From IMG/VR virus record IMGVR_UViG_3300045988_098553: a stretch of DNA of 35,337 nucleotides; one strand, given 5' to 3'. Below the pieces are notes generated by a model. The model saw only the letters and a list, made by a program, of their open reading frames with translations, was not told the origin of the DNA and did not search any database. The translations under genes were made by a program, and so were the position numbers. Of the stretch, positions 1 to 9,250 are shown in pieces. This stretch comes from a virus. Numbering within the stretch: the first letter of the stretch is position 1; each line of letters begins with the position of its first letter.

Positions 1-99
1 ATTTTTTTTAACGCCGACATCCCATTCCTATTGAGCGTCATGGCGAACAAAAACGCCTATGACCTCTGGCAATCGTCTGTCGAGAACAAACTCCGAGAG
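1..99. repeat. Terminal direct repeat, copy 1 (identical to 35239..35337); most likely an assembly overlap of a circular contig
   Basis: Base-by-base comparison of both window ends: attttttttaacgccgacatcc...aaactccgagag occurs at both. Confidence 0.9.
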
Positions 100-114
100 G
101 AGGCAAAGAAGTAG
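1..114 (+). CDS. 3' end of the tail assembly chaperone -1 frameshift product (gpT-like part); continues 35083..35337 across the junction
   Basis: Frame 1 is open from nt 1 to TAG 112..114. This is the same frame as the open reading at 35083..35337. TAG overlaps the GTG start of the tape measure gene (TAGTG). Confidence 0.75.
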   Translation: MFFNADIPFLLSVMANKNAYDLWQSSVENKLREEAKK

Positions 115-2948
115 TGGCGAGCAAGAATACGGTTGAAATCAAATTCAAGGCCGAGACCGAGCAGTTCCGCGCCGCCATCAAGTCGGCCAACTCGACCATG
201 ACCACGCTTCGCGGCGAGCTCAAGCTCAATGCCGCCCAAATGAAGAACACCGGCGCGTCGGTCGAGGCGCTTACTCGCAAGAAGAAGCTGCTCGAGCAGC
301 AGGACGAGACCCTACAGCAGAAGATCAACGCGCTCGCCTCGCAGCTTGAGGCATCAAACGCCGCCTTCGGCGAGAACTCCGCATCGTCACAGAAGCTCAC
401 CAATCAGCTCAACCAGGCAAAGGCCGCACAGCAGAACGTCCGCGCAGCCATTAGTCAGACGAGCACCGAGATTGAGAAGCAGGCCGACGCCGAGCAGCAG
501 GCTGAGAGCGCCTACACGCAGCTGTCCAACAAGATCAATGAGCAGCGCACAAAGCTCAAGCAGTTGCAGACGGCATACGCCGATGCCGTGATCGCCAAGG
601 GCAAGGACTCGACCGAGGCCAAGGAGCTTGAGTCCAACATCCGCGAGCTCAATTCCGAGCTTCGTCAAAACGAGTCCAAGATGCGCGCCGCCGAGGACGC
701 AGCCGAGTCGCTCGCGCGCGAGGAGGACAACCTCGCGGATTCAGCCGATCGTGCAAACGACGGCTTCACCGTCGCCAAGGGCGTGCTGTCAAATCTCGCG
801 AGCGAGGCATTCTCACGCGTCGCCCAGGGCGCAAAGGATACCGCCAAGGAGGTCGTTGACCTCGGCAAGACCTTCGAGCTGTCGCTATCCAACGTCCAGG
901 CACTCTCCGGCGCGAGCGCCGATGACATGGAGCGCCTTGAGGCGAAGTCGCGCGAACTCGGCGGCACGACCACCTTTTCAGCGGCTCAGGTAGCCGATGC
1001 ATTCGGCTACATGGCCCTTGCGGGCTGGGATACCGAGCAATCGCTCGACGCAATCAACGGCGTGCTCACGCTCGCACAGGCCGGCTCGATGGACCTTGCA
1101 TCAGCGTCCGATTTGCTCACCGACTACCTGTCGGCATTTTCGATGCAGGCGAGCGATGCCGCCACGATGACGGACGTTTTGGCTTACGCGCAGGGTAACG
1201 CCAACACCAACGTCGAGCAGCTTGGCGCCGCATTTAAGAATTGTGCCGCCAACTGCAACGCCGCCGGCATGGACGTCCAGACCACGACGGCTTTTATCTC
1301 CGAGCTGTCAAATCAGGGACTTAAGGGCTCCGAGGCCGGCACCGCGCTCAACGCCGTCATGCGTGATATGACGGCGAAGATGTCCGATGGCGCCATCAAG
1401 ATCGGCGAGACGAGCGTCGCCGTGATGGACGCCAATGGCAACTATCGCGACATGGTCGACATCATGCGTGATGTCGAGAGCGCAACAAATGGCATGGGTG
1501 ATGCTGAAAAGGCGAGCGCCCTGCAATCGACCTTTACCGCCGACTCCATCAAGGGCCTCAACCTCATCCTCAACGCAGGCACCGATGAGCTCGGCAGCTT
1601 CCGTGACGAGCTTTACAACTCGAATGGCGCTGCGCAGGACATGGCCGCAACCATGACTGATAACCTTGCCGGCGACCTGAGCAACCTCGACTCAGCGCTC
1701 GAGGAGGTCGGCCTCAAGCTCTATGACAAGTTCAAGGAGCCTCTGCGCGAGTCGGTCCAGTTCGTCAGCAATGACGTGGTTCCGGCAATCGGCACGCTCA
1801 TCGAAAACTTCGACAAGATCGCGCCTGCCGTGGCTGGCGGTGCCGCCGGTATCGCCGCATTTGCCATCGGCGCGAACATCGTGCCGATTCTGACTGCCGT
1901 TTCCGGTGGCGTGACTGCACTTGGCGGTGCGGTCAGTTTCTTGCTCTCGCCAATCGGACTTGTCGCAATCGCGATTGCCGCGGCGACAGCGGCGCTCGTC
2001 TACCTTTGGAATACCAACGACAGCTTTAGAAATACCGTGATGGGAATCTGGCAGCAGATTTGCGACACGATTTCCCAAGCTGTTGCCCAAATCCAGCCGG
2101 TGCTCGATGCGCTGTCGGTATTTTTCACGACTGGATTGCTGCCGGCGCTTCAGTCTCTTGTTGATGGATACATCACCGGATTCGGCTTTATCGTCTCAGG
2201 AGCCTTGGCTTTCGCGTCCGGTTTGCTCCAAGTCATAACCGGCGGGATGACTGTTATCCAAGGTGTAATTGATACAGTTCTTGGCGTAATTGTCGGTATT
2301 TTTACCGGCGATTTTACGATGGCGCAAAATGGAGTGCAGACGATTCTAAATGGTCTGTCCTCTATCGCGTCGGGAATTTTAAATGGCCTTGCCGGTGCGA
2401 TCAGCGGAATTCTTGGCTCGGTCGTTTCTGTCTTTTCAGGCCAGTTTAACGCGATCACCTCAATCGTGGGCGGTGCCCTACAGGGGGTCGTTACTTTCTT
2501 TTCCGACAAGCTCGGTGCCGCGAAATCTACCGTGTCAGGCGCATTAAATGCGATTTCGGGATTTTTCAGCAATTGCAGGTTGCAGCTGCCGCACATCAAC
2601 CTACCGCACTTCTCGATCAGCGGTGATTTCTCAATCGTACCGCCAAGGACGCCGAAAATCAGCGTCGAGTGGTACGCCAAGGGCGGCATCCTGACCAGGC
2701 CAACGCTATTCGGATTCAACGGCAACCGTGCCATGGTCGGTGGCGAGGCGGGCCCCGAGGCCGTTCTGCCACTCTCCATCCTGCGCGGATTCATCGAGGA
2801 CACCTTTGAGCGTCACGCAACCGCAGCTTCGACCAACAATCTACAGATTACCGTCTACGCCCAGGGCGACGCCGATGAGATCGCGGATGCGGTCGCATAC
2901 AAGGTTTTCGGTGCCATCGACCAGGCGATGACAGCGAATGGGAGGTAG
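114..2948 (+). CDS. Tail tape measure protein (944 aa)
   Basis: Longest ORF, directly after the G/GT chaperone pair. Coiled-coil N-terminal third, TP901-like core (QVADAFGYMALAGW...), Gly/Ala-rich hydrophobic repeats in the C-terminal half. GAGGAGG lies upstream of the GTG. Confidence 0.9.
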   Translation: MASKNTVEIKFKAETEQFRAAIKSANSTMTTLRGELKLNAAQMKNTGASVEALTRKKKLLEQQDETLQQKINALASQLEASNAAFGENSASSQKLTNQLNQAKAAQQNVRAAISQTSTEIEKQADAEQQAESAYTQLSNKINEQRTKLKQLQTAYADAVIAKGKDSTEAKELESNIRELNSELRQNESKMRAAEDAAESLAREEDNLADSADRANDGFTVAKGVLSNLASEAFSRVAQGAKDTAKEVVDLGKTFELSLSNVQALSGASADDMERLEAKSRELGGTTTFSAAQVADAFGYMALAGWDTEQSLDAINGVLTLAQAGSMDLASASDLLTDYLSAFSMQASDAATMTDVLAYAQGNANTNVEQLGAAFKNCAANCNAAGMDVQTTTAFISELSNQGLKGSEAGTALNAVMRDMTAKMSDGAIKIGETSVAVMDANGNYRDMVDIMRDVESATNGMGDAEKASALQSTFTADSIKGLNLILNAGTDELGSFRDELYNSNGAAQDMAATMTDNLAGDLSNLDSALEEVGLKLYDKFKEPLRESVQFVSNDVVPAIGTLIENFDKIAPAVAGGAAGIAAFAIGANIVPILTAVSGGVTALGGAVSFLLSPIGLVAIAIAAATAALVYLWNTNDSFRNTVMGIWQQICDTISQAVAQIQPVLDALSVFFTTGLLPALQSLVDGYITGFGFIVSGALAFASGLLQVITGGMTVIQGVIDTVLGVIVGIFTGDFTMAQNGVQTILNGLSSIASGILNGLAGAISGILGSVVSVFSGQFNAITSIVGGALQGVVTFFSDKLGAAKSTVSGALNAISGFFSNCRLQLPHINLPHFSISGDFSIVPPRTPKISVEWYAKGGILTRPTLFGFNGNRAMVGGEAGPEAVLPLSILRGFIEDTFERHATAASTNNLQITVYAQGDADEIADAVAYKVFGAIDQAMTANGR

Positions 2949-2951
2949 CGC

Positions 2952-5108
2952 ATGGCTTATCATGCCGGCAACTGGGCTGGCCCGGCGGCGCTTTTCCGCG
3001 TGGTCGTCGCCTACAGCTTCGAGAACTACCGCGATGACGTTGTCAATCTCAAGGCTCGTTACTATGTCGAGGTCTCTGCCAACTCGTCATTCAACGGCAC
3101 CATCCTTAAGACGAGTTGGGGTCAGACCGTCAGGCTTTACGGTCAGGGCATATATGCCGATACCGGGTGGTGCGACTGGGGTGATGTTGGATACGGCCAC
3201 ACGGCTCGCGCGAGCATTTCTGCGGACTACACCTCATATTCAGGCGCTTATCACAAGTCATCGGTCGATGGTGTCGAGACGGTCAGCGCACCTGAATGGC
3301 AACCGTACAACATCACAAGCCTCAAGGTCGAGCGCCAATCGGACAACTCCGCGAAGCTGTCGTGGGGAAACAACGCCCATGCCGCCCGTCCGTACCGACA
3401 CATCTACATCGACCAGCGCATCGACGGCGGTGCATGGTCGAATGTAGCCGACCTCACCAACTCGCCGACGTCATGGACCGCATCGACCGCACCGGATCAC
3501 TCGTATGAGTGGCGAGTCATACCCAACAATTACAGCGGCTCGGCCCATGACTACCAGTACGCCGGGCCAATCTACAACACGCCTGCGCCTCCGAGATTCG
3601 TCTCGGTCGCGCGCAAGAGCAACACGATCGTCACAGCCGTGCTTGAAAACAGCTCGAACACGGCCACCTCGCTCGAGTATCAGACGTGCAAGCAGGGGAG
3701 CACGGGATGGGGGGAATGGGGCGAGTCGACCTATGTCGACGGCCTCGTAAAGACCTTCGATGTCGACCTCGGCGGCGGCACCTTCAAGCTGCGCGCTCGA
3801 AACAAGCGCCTGCACCTCGACAGTGAGTGGGCCGAGTCCGATTCGGTCGTTACGATCTGCCCGCCGATGGCGCCGACACTCGTGTTGCCGACGTCATCTG
3901 GCGTCATCGCGTCCAACGAACCTACGGTCGCATACCAGTGGCGACACAACCCGTATGACGGCTCCGATCAGCAAAAGGCAGAGCTCGCCATCAGTATCGA
4001 CGGCGGCAGCAGCTGGACGGTCGATACCGTCACCGGCAATCAGAGCACAATCGTCAAGACAAACGACTATGGCGTCAACCAGCAGGTCGTTTGGCGCGTC
4101 CGCACCAAGGGTGCAGATGACAATTTCGGTCCCTGGTCAGCTAACCGCACCTTTAGCGTGCGACAGCGCCCGACCGTGGTCATCGAGCAGCCCGCGGACG
4201 GCTTTGTCATCACCGACGTGCCGGTCTCGCTAAAGCTGACGTATATCGACCAATCCGGTACCGTGCAGGCATCGACGCTCACGATCATGCGCGGCGACGA
4301 GGCGGTCTTTACAAAATCGCTCGGCAAGTCCCTCGCGACCACCATCACTGCCGACGAGTGGGTACCGGTCGACGGCGAGACCTACGTCATCAGCGTCATG
4401 TCACGATCGACCTCGTCGCTCACGGCGACCACAAAGCGCACCGTCACGACCAAGTTCCGACTGCCTCAGCGCGGGAACATCTTCGTCGAGACTGATCCGG
4501 CCACCGGATGCGCGACCGTGCAGGTCAGGCTCTCGCGCGACAGCGAGCTCGCCACTGCCGTGTGCCTCGACCTCTACCGTGTGACTGAGACCGGTCGCAT
4601 CAAGATCGGCTCGGACATGAGCGACGGTGCTGAGGTTATCGACCGCTTCGCGCCGCTCAACGTCGAGTACACCTACGAGGCTGTCACGACCTCCGGCACC
4701 GGCGCCGTCAACACCTCGACCGCCACCGGCGTCATCGAGACGCCGTGGTGGTTCATCATCTACGATGGCGGCATTGCCCAGGCTATGTGGGAGCCATCCG
4801 GCTCGCGCACGCCGACACGACCGTCTGATGAGATCGTCGAGCTCGATGGCAGGACGTGGCCTCTGCTCATCCAATCGCGTCAACGCTCGCTCAAGATTGA
4901 TTTCTCAGGATGGGTTGAGTCGCGAGAGCAGGCGCGCGCATTTGAAAGCATGACATTCGCCTCCGGCGACAAGATCTATAAGGGACTGTCCGGTGACGTT
5001 TTCCATTGCTCTGCCTCGGCGAAAATCGATGAGGAATATGACGGCTTCGAGGACTACAGCGCTTCGGTCTCGGTATCCATCACGAGGGTCGACGGCGGTG
5101 AGGTCTGA
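2952..5108 (+). CDS. Distal tail protein (Dit)-like, enlarged (718 aa); N-terminal FN3/Ig-like repeats and a Sipho_tail-like C-terminal region
   Basis: Position immediately after the tape measure gene. Three beta-sandwich-looking segments. C-terminal WWFIIYDGG...LKIDFSGWV resembles siphovirus tail-component family proteins. Confidence 0.6.
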   Translation: MAYHAGNWAGPAALFRVVVAYSFENYRDDVVNLKARYYVEVSANSSFNGTILKTSWGQTVRLYGQGIYADTGWCDWGDVGYGHTARASISADYTSYSGAYHKSSVDGVETVSAPEWQPYNITSLKVERQSDNSAKLSWGNNAHAARPYRHIYIDQRIDGGAWSNVADLTNSPTSWTASTAPDHSYEWRVIPNNYSGSAHDYQYAGPIYNTPAPPRFVSVARKSNTIVTAVLENSSNTATSLEYQTCKQGSTGWGEWGESTYVDGLVKTFDVDLGGGTFKLRARNKRLHLDSEWAESDSVVTICPPMAPTLVLPTSSGVIASNEPTVAYQWRHNPYDGSDQQKAELAISIDGGSSWTVDTVTGNQSTIVKTNDYGVNQQVVWRVRTKGADDNFGPWSANRTFSVRQRPTVVIEQPADGFVITDVPVSLKLTYIDQSGTVQASTLTIMRGDEAVFTKSLGKSLATTITADEWVPVDGETYVISVMSRSTSSLTATTKRTVTTKFRLPQRGNIFVETDPATGCATVQVRLSRDSELATAVCLDLYRVTETGRIKIGSDMSDGAEVIDRFAPLNVEYTYEAVTTSGTGAVNTSTATGVIETPWWFIIYDGGIAQAMWEPSGSRTPTRPSDEIVELDGRTWPLLIQSRQRSLKIDFSGWVESREQARAFESMTFASGDKIYKGLSGDVFHCSASAKIDEEYDGFEDYSASVSVSITRVDGGEV

Positions 5109-6229
5109 TGGCCGACTGGAAGGGTGCCCGCTACGATGCAGGATGGCTCTACCGACGTATCAAGTGGGGGACGTGGGACGAGCTCGGACTTTACAACAAC
5201 ATCGAAAGCGCGAGCATCAACCGCTCGGCATTCGACACGCTCAAGACATCCGGCTCGCTCAAGTATTTCGGCACTGCGCCCGACGAGGTGGACGCGCTCG
5301 CGCTCATCTACACGTTCCGCGACCGAAACGGCGAGACAGTCGAGCAAAGGCGCGCGACCGTCCTGGTCGAGTCTGATGAGCCCGACTACACCTCGCTCGA
5401 TGGCGGTGGCGTGAGACAATCGGGCACCGCGAAGCTCTATTCGCTGCTCAAGGTGCTGTCTGATACAAAGCTCAAGGTGCCTTACACGGTCACGGCTGGC
5501 ACCAACGCTATCGCCGCGGCAAACCAGATCATCACCGGTGCCGGGCTCCGCACCAACTGCCAGTCATCTAACTATCTGTTGAGTTGCGACCATACGTTCG
5601 CGCCTGACGATACTCTGCTCGATGTGGTCAACTACCTGCTCGATGCCGCGGGCTACGGCTCAGCAGATACAGATGCTTATGGCACGGTTATCCTCAAACC
5701 TTACGTCGAGCCGACCGCCCGCGAGCTCGCCTGGACATTTGCCAACGACGAGACCTCGACGCTCATGCCCGGTATTAAGTCAGAGAACGATTGGCGCAAC
5801 ACGCCCAACATCGTCGTACTCACCTATGAGACCGACGATGAGGTGCTTGTCGCCCAGGCGCGAAATATCGACCCAGAGAGCAGGGCATCGCTGCCCTCGC
5901 GATCGTGGCGCGAGAACTCCACGGTCGAGCAGGTCAGCGAGCTCGGCGGCGAGACCCAGGAGGAACGCCTTGAAAACCTCAAGGCGCTCGCGCGAAAGAA
6001 GCTGCTCGATGGCAGCTCCGAAATCCAGTACACCAAGGTCAAGACGCTGCTCGTGCCGGTGGAAATCAACGATGCCGCCGGCCTGCGGTACTCAGGTCTC
6101 AAGCGCCAAGGCGCGATCACCTCAATCGACACCTCGTGTACGCCTACAGGCGAGTCGAATGTCAAGATTCGAGAATTCATCCGGCGCGACCTGCTTGTCG
6201 ATGTGACCGGTCAGGCCATCGCAGCGTAA
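5108..6229 (+). CDS. Tail-associated (Tal)/baseplate hub-like minor structural protein (373 aa)
   Basis: Synteny (third gene after the tape measure) and an ATGA-type start/stop overlap with the upstream gene. Size and sequence resemble the N-terminal hub domain of prophage tail proteins. Confidence 0.55.
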   Translation: MADWKGARYDAGWLYRRIKWGTWDELGLYNNIESASINRSAFDTLKTSGSLKYFGTAPDEVDALALIYTFRDRNGETVEQRRATVLVESDEPDYTSLDGGGVRQSGTAKLYSLLKVLSDTKLKVPYTVTAGTNAIAAANQIITGAGLRTNCQSSNYLLSCDHTFAPDDTLLDVVNYLLDAAGYGSADTDAYGTVILKPYVEPTARELAWTFANDETSTLMPGIKSENDWRNTPNIVVLTYETDDEVLVAQARNIDPESRASLPSRSWRENSTVEQVSELGGETQEERLENLKALARKKLLDGSSEIQYTKVKTLLVPVEINDAAGLRYSGLKRQGAITSIDTSCTPTGESNVKIREFIRRDLLVDVTGQAIAA

Positions 6230-6242
6230 AGGAGGTCAGACC

Positions 6243-6488
6243 ATGGCCGACAGCATGGTCCGCGAGGCCGAGCGAGCCTTACGGCTCGGCAAGGCGCCGC
6301 GCTCGCCCGATTACCACGTCAGAGGCAAGGTCGTGGCGGTGAAGGACGGTGCCTATCAGGTGCGGCTTGCCGCCGCCGAGAACCTGACCGCATGCTCGCG
6401 TTACTGCGACGCAAAGGTCGGCGACACCGTCCTCGTCCTCGTCATGTCGAGCGGTCAGTGCGCCGCCATCGCAAAGTTAATCAAGTAA
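6243..6488 (+). CDS. Hypothetical baseplate-module protein (81 aa)
   Basis: ORF with AAGGAGG RBS, in the tail module. Confidence 0.5.
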   Translation: MADSMVREAERALRLGKAPRSPDYHVRGKVVAVKDGAYQVRLAAAENLTACSRYCDAKVGDTVLVLVMSSGQCAAIAKLIK

Positions 6489-6501
6489 AGAGAGGGGCGT
6501 T

Positions 6502-7326
6502 ATGGCTCAAGAGCTTACATTTGATACCAAAAAGCCCGAGAACGCCTTTAAGGAGCAGCGACTCGACCCGCTGCGCCGCGGCGAGCGCGGAAACCGTGAA
6601 CTCACGGTAAGCATCGCCTCCAAGGGCGTTCCCTACGATCTCACCGGATGCACGGTGCGATTTATCGGCACCACCGGTGGCGGTCAGCTCGTTGGACCGT
6701 CTGAAATCGAGGTCACAAACGCAACAGTCGGCATGGTGCGCCACCTGCTGCCGGCAGAGATGTCGACCGATGCCGGTCTCGCGCGTTGGTACTACGAGAT
6801 CTACAGGGGAGAGGATTACCTCGACACGACCGAGACATGCTCGGTCAAGGTCTTGCAAAGTGCCGATATCGGCGGTCAGCAGGCGACGGTCTATATCTCG
6901 ATTTTGGAACAGGCGAAAATCGATGAGCAAGCGCGTGCCGATGCCGAGTCAAAACGCGCTGATGCTGAGATTCAGCGCGAGGCCAACGAGCAGGAGCGCG
7001 AGACCTCATTTGTCGAGATGTCCAACAAGCTCGCCGCTGCCGCCGCTACCGCAAAGGCGGCTCGCGATGATGCGACCGCCTCTGCCAAAGCCGCCGAGAA
7101 ATCGGAACAATCTGCTGCTGCTAGCGCTTTGAGTGCCGGCAAATCGGCAGATAGCGCAGCCGCCGTAATCAAGGATACCGAGGCGGCTGCTGCCGATGCG
7201 CGCCTTGCGGCAGACGAGGCGCGAGGCTCCATCTCAGCCGACAAGAGCATGTATTTCAAGCGCATCACTGATGAAAATGGCGACACGTGGCCTGTCATCG
7301 TAGATACGACCGTCAAGGGGGACTAA
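6502..7326 (+). CDS. BppU-like baseplate upper / tail fibre protein (274 aa)
   Basis: N-terminus (ELTFDTKKP...RELTVSIASKGVPYDLTGCTVRF) resembles the BppU_N/DUF2479 domain. Ala-rich coiled-coil centre is typical of fibre shafts. Confidence 0.6.
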   Translation: MAQELTFDTKKPENAFKEQRLDPLRRGERGNRELTVSIASKGVPYDLTGCTVRFIGTTGGGQLVGPSEIEVTNATVGMVRHLLPAEMSTDAGLARWYYEIYRGEDYLDTTETCSVKVLQSADIGGQQATVYISILEQAKIDEQARADAESKRADAEIQREANEQERETSFVEMSNKLAAAAATAKAARDDATASAKAAEKSEQSAAASALSAGKSADSAAAVIKDTEAAAADARLAADEARGSISADKSMYFKRITDENGDTWPVIVDTTVKGD

Positions 7327-8919
7327 ATGGATCATATCTTTCCGGCAAACGACACGATGGAGAATGGCTTTGCTGCCGTTGCCGATGCAATCCTGAGCCT
7401 GAATGTCGCACCTGCGCCTTACCCCGAATGGGATGCCGCCAAGGGCGAATTCACCGTCAAGTCAATCCTGCGATGGCTGAGCTCCGAGAGTGACGGCAAG
7501 ATCTACGCCGTCGACCAGACGCTCGATGCCGTCCAGACGCTCACAAAGAGCCTCGCCAACGCAGACATCGCCAATCCGGTGCCGTCCACGCTGCTCAAGC
7601 CCGGTACCGACCCTTACATGGGTGTTGGTCCGTTCCGTTACGAGCACGTCAACGGCTACAAGGACGATGCAGGCGCCTGGCATATTACCGGCATGCGTTC
7701 CTTCGGCAATTTCAGCTATACGGACGGTCGAGACGTTTTCGCCCTCGCGCCCGTGCGTTATGTGTTTCATGGCATTGTCGATGGCAAATATCGCGTTGCA
7801 TGCTCCGATCGTCCTCACGTGGGCTACGTGCCCGAGGATCGTTCGCTGAGACTCGACGGCACTCTTGAACCGTTCATGTGCCGCGCCGCGTTTGGCGCAT
7901 CCAAGGATTCCTCCGGCAAGCCCTGCTCGGTCGCCGGCGCCAAGCTTTGGACCCGTAGCTGCTCTCATAACTCGATGAATGAGGCTGCTAAGAAGAAGGG
8001 CACCGAGTACAGCGGCTACACCGCAGCCGACTATGACTATATTTACGAGATGAACCTGCTCAAGTATGCTCACAAGTCGAGCCAGGCCAATTTCGCGGGC
8101 TGCTCGAACCATACCGAGCAGACGCCCGTGACGGTTGCTGGTTCCGGCGCTCCTACCGTCACCATCGCCAAGACCGTCGCCGACAAGTGGCCCATCGGAT
8201 CTGCCGTCATGGTCGGCACCACAACGGTCGCCGGTCGAGACCGAGGCAATGCCGACGCTTTCGACATCGCAGATCAGGCCAATATCGTCAAGAAAACGGT
8301 CAATGGCGACAATGTCGTTCTGACGCTCGATTGTGGCAACATCACGACCAAGGTCGGTCAGCTCGTCTCAACGGCTCCGTGGAATCCCGGCGCGACCGTC
8401 GGCATCGTCGGTGACGGCTCGCCTTATGACAACAAGTCCGGTCGCGAGCCCTTTGCCATCCAAGGTATCGAGGTCATGCTCGGCGCCTGGGAGATTCTCG
8501 GCGATCAGCTCGTCAAGGGCGAGGATGACGGCTACGGCTACTATCTCGTCGAGGACACGTCCAAGTCTGCTACCTCCGTGACCTCCGACTACACCAAGAT
8601 TTTTACGCTGCCGATCAAGGCTGCGGATGGCGAGATGTATCCGTCCGCAATGGTCAAGGGCAAGGGCTCTCTGGTGCCATATGGCACCGGCGGCTCAACC
8701 GGCGCAGGTGTCGGTGACGGCATTTGGTATTACGGTGGGAAAAAGACCGATACGTATGAAGTCCGTGTGTTCGGCATCCTCGGGAATGGCTCTGGCGCTG
8801 GCTTGCGCCGCGCGGGCCTCTACTACTGGCCGGGCGGGGCGTGGTGGTACAACGCTTCGCGCGTCTCGCCGAATGGTCGAAACAGGGTGAATGCCGACGT
8901 GCCGCCGCAGGCGGCGTAA
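7327..8919 (+). CDS. Receptor-binding / tail fibre protein; DGR target protein with C-terminal variable region (530 aa)
   Basis: Last large tail gene. Its C-terminal codons (VRVFGILGNGSGAGLRRAGLYYWPGGAWWYNASRVS) are the VR copy of the downstream TR. Confidence 0.85.
   Translation: MDHIFPANDTMENGFAAVADAILSLNVAPAPYPEWDAAKGEFTVKSILRWLSSESDGKIYAVDQTLDAVQTLTKSLANADIANPVPSTLLKPGTDPYMGVGPFRYEHVNGYKDDAGAWHITGMRSFGNFSYTDGRDVFALAPVRYVFHGIVDGKYRVACSDRPHVGYVPEDRSLRLDGTLEPFMCRAAFGASKDSSGKPCSVAGAKLWTRSCSHNSMNEAAKKKGTEYSGYTAADYDYIYEMNLLKYAHKSSQANFAGCSNHTEQTPVTVAGSGAPTVTIAKTVADKWPIGSAVMVGTTTVAGRDRGNADAFDIADQANIVKKTVNGDNVVLTLDCGNITTKVGQLVSTAPWNPGATVGIVGDGSPYDNKSGREPFAIQGIEVMLGAWEILGDQLVKGEDDGYGYYLVEDTSKSATSVTSDYTKIFTLPIKAADGEMYPSAMVKGKGSLVPYGTGGSTGAGVGDGIWYYGGKKTDTYEVRVFGILGNGSGAGLRRAGLYYWPGGAWWYNASRVSPNGRNRVNADVPPQAA
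8761..8867 (+). repeat. DGR variable repeat (VR), 107 bp, in frame within the target gene
   Basis: Aligns without gaps to 8990..9096 (offset 229). There are 15 mismatches, every one opposite an A in the TR copy. Confidence 0.9.
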
Positions 8920-8941
8920 GTCGGCAGAGGGGCGGCGCCCC
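8893..8941 (+). other. Two adjacent GC-rich stem-loops just 3' of VR (candidate DGR homing-associated hairpins)
   Basis: First: gccgac/gtcggc (8893..8898 / 8920..8925) enclosing ccgcc/ggcgg (8903..8907 / 8912..8916), spanning the stop codon. Second: ggggc-ggc-gcccc (8929..8941). No U-tract follows either. Confidence 0.45.
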
Positions 8942-8989
8942 TGAAAAACGGCCCAGGGACCTGCCGTGCATGCAGGTGGAATTCCTTTC

Positions 8990-9096
8990 GTCCATGTGTT
9001 CGGCAACCTCAGGAATGGCTCTAACGCTGGCTTGCGCCGCGCGAACCTCAACAACTGGCCGGACAGGGCGAGGTGGAACAACGCTTCGCGCGAATC
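8990..9096 (+). repeat. DGR template repeat (TR), 107 bp
   Basis: Non-coding copy of VR. Contains 23 adenines, 22 of them at codon positions 1 or 2 in the VR frame (7 AAC and 1 AAT codons). 15 of the 23 are substituted in VR. Confidence 0.9.
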
Positions 9097-9250
9097 TGAT
9101 TGATAGCTCCCATAAAACCCGCACGGCAGAGTACCCGGTGGAAGCATCGGGCGCGCCTGGCTTAACAAAGTGAAATGGCATATAAGACCACCGGGTCAGT
9201 AGGCATTTTGCCGACCGCTCGGAATGCAATCAGAGAGCTGAATTGGTCGA
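9097..9250 (+). ncRNA. Putative DGR spacer (Sp) RNA region between TR and RT
   Basis: Non-coding 154 nt between TR and the RT start. A 9-bp long-range stem acccggtgg (9133..9141) / ccaccgggt (9188..9196) encloses a GC palindrome (ggcgcgcc). Confidence 0.45.

Noticed and set aside
1-99. The 99-bp terminal repeat as a true virion direct terminal repeat or LTR-like mobile-element end.
   Set aside because: An exact k-mer-like overlap, with a frameshifted chaperone ORF reading seamlessly through it and a cos/HNH packaging module elsewhere. An assembly artefact of a circular molecule is the simpler explanation, though this cannot be excluded without reads.
8929-8941. GC hairpin after the RBP gene, considered as an intrinsic terminator.
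   Set aside because: It is followed by tgaaaaacgg rather than a U-tract on the + strand, and the TR/RT downstream must be expressed. It is kept only as a possible DGR-associated hairpin.
8654-9229. ORFs crossing the VR/TR region (8654..9229 -, 8695..9168 -, 8841..9173 +), considered as a possible Avd accessory gene.
   Set aside because: They are out-of-frame or antisense readings of the repeats themselves (R/A/G/T-rich, no helical-bundle character). They exist only because VR and TR are near-identical GC-rich DNA.
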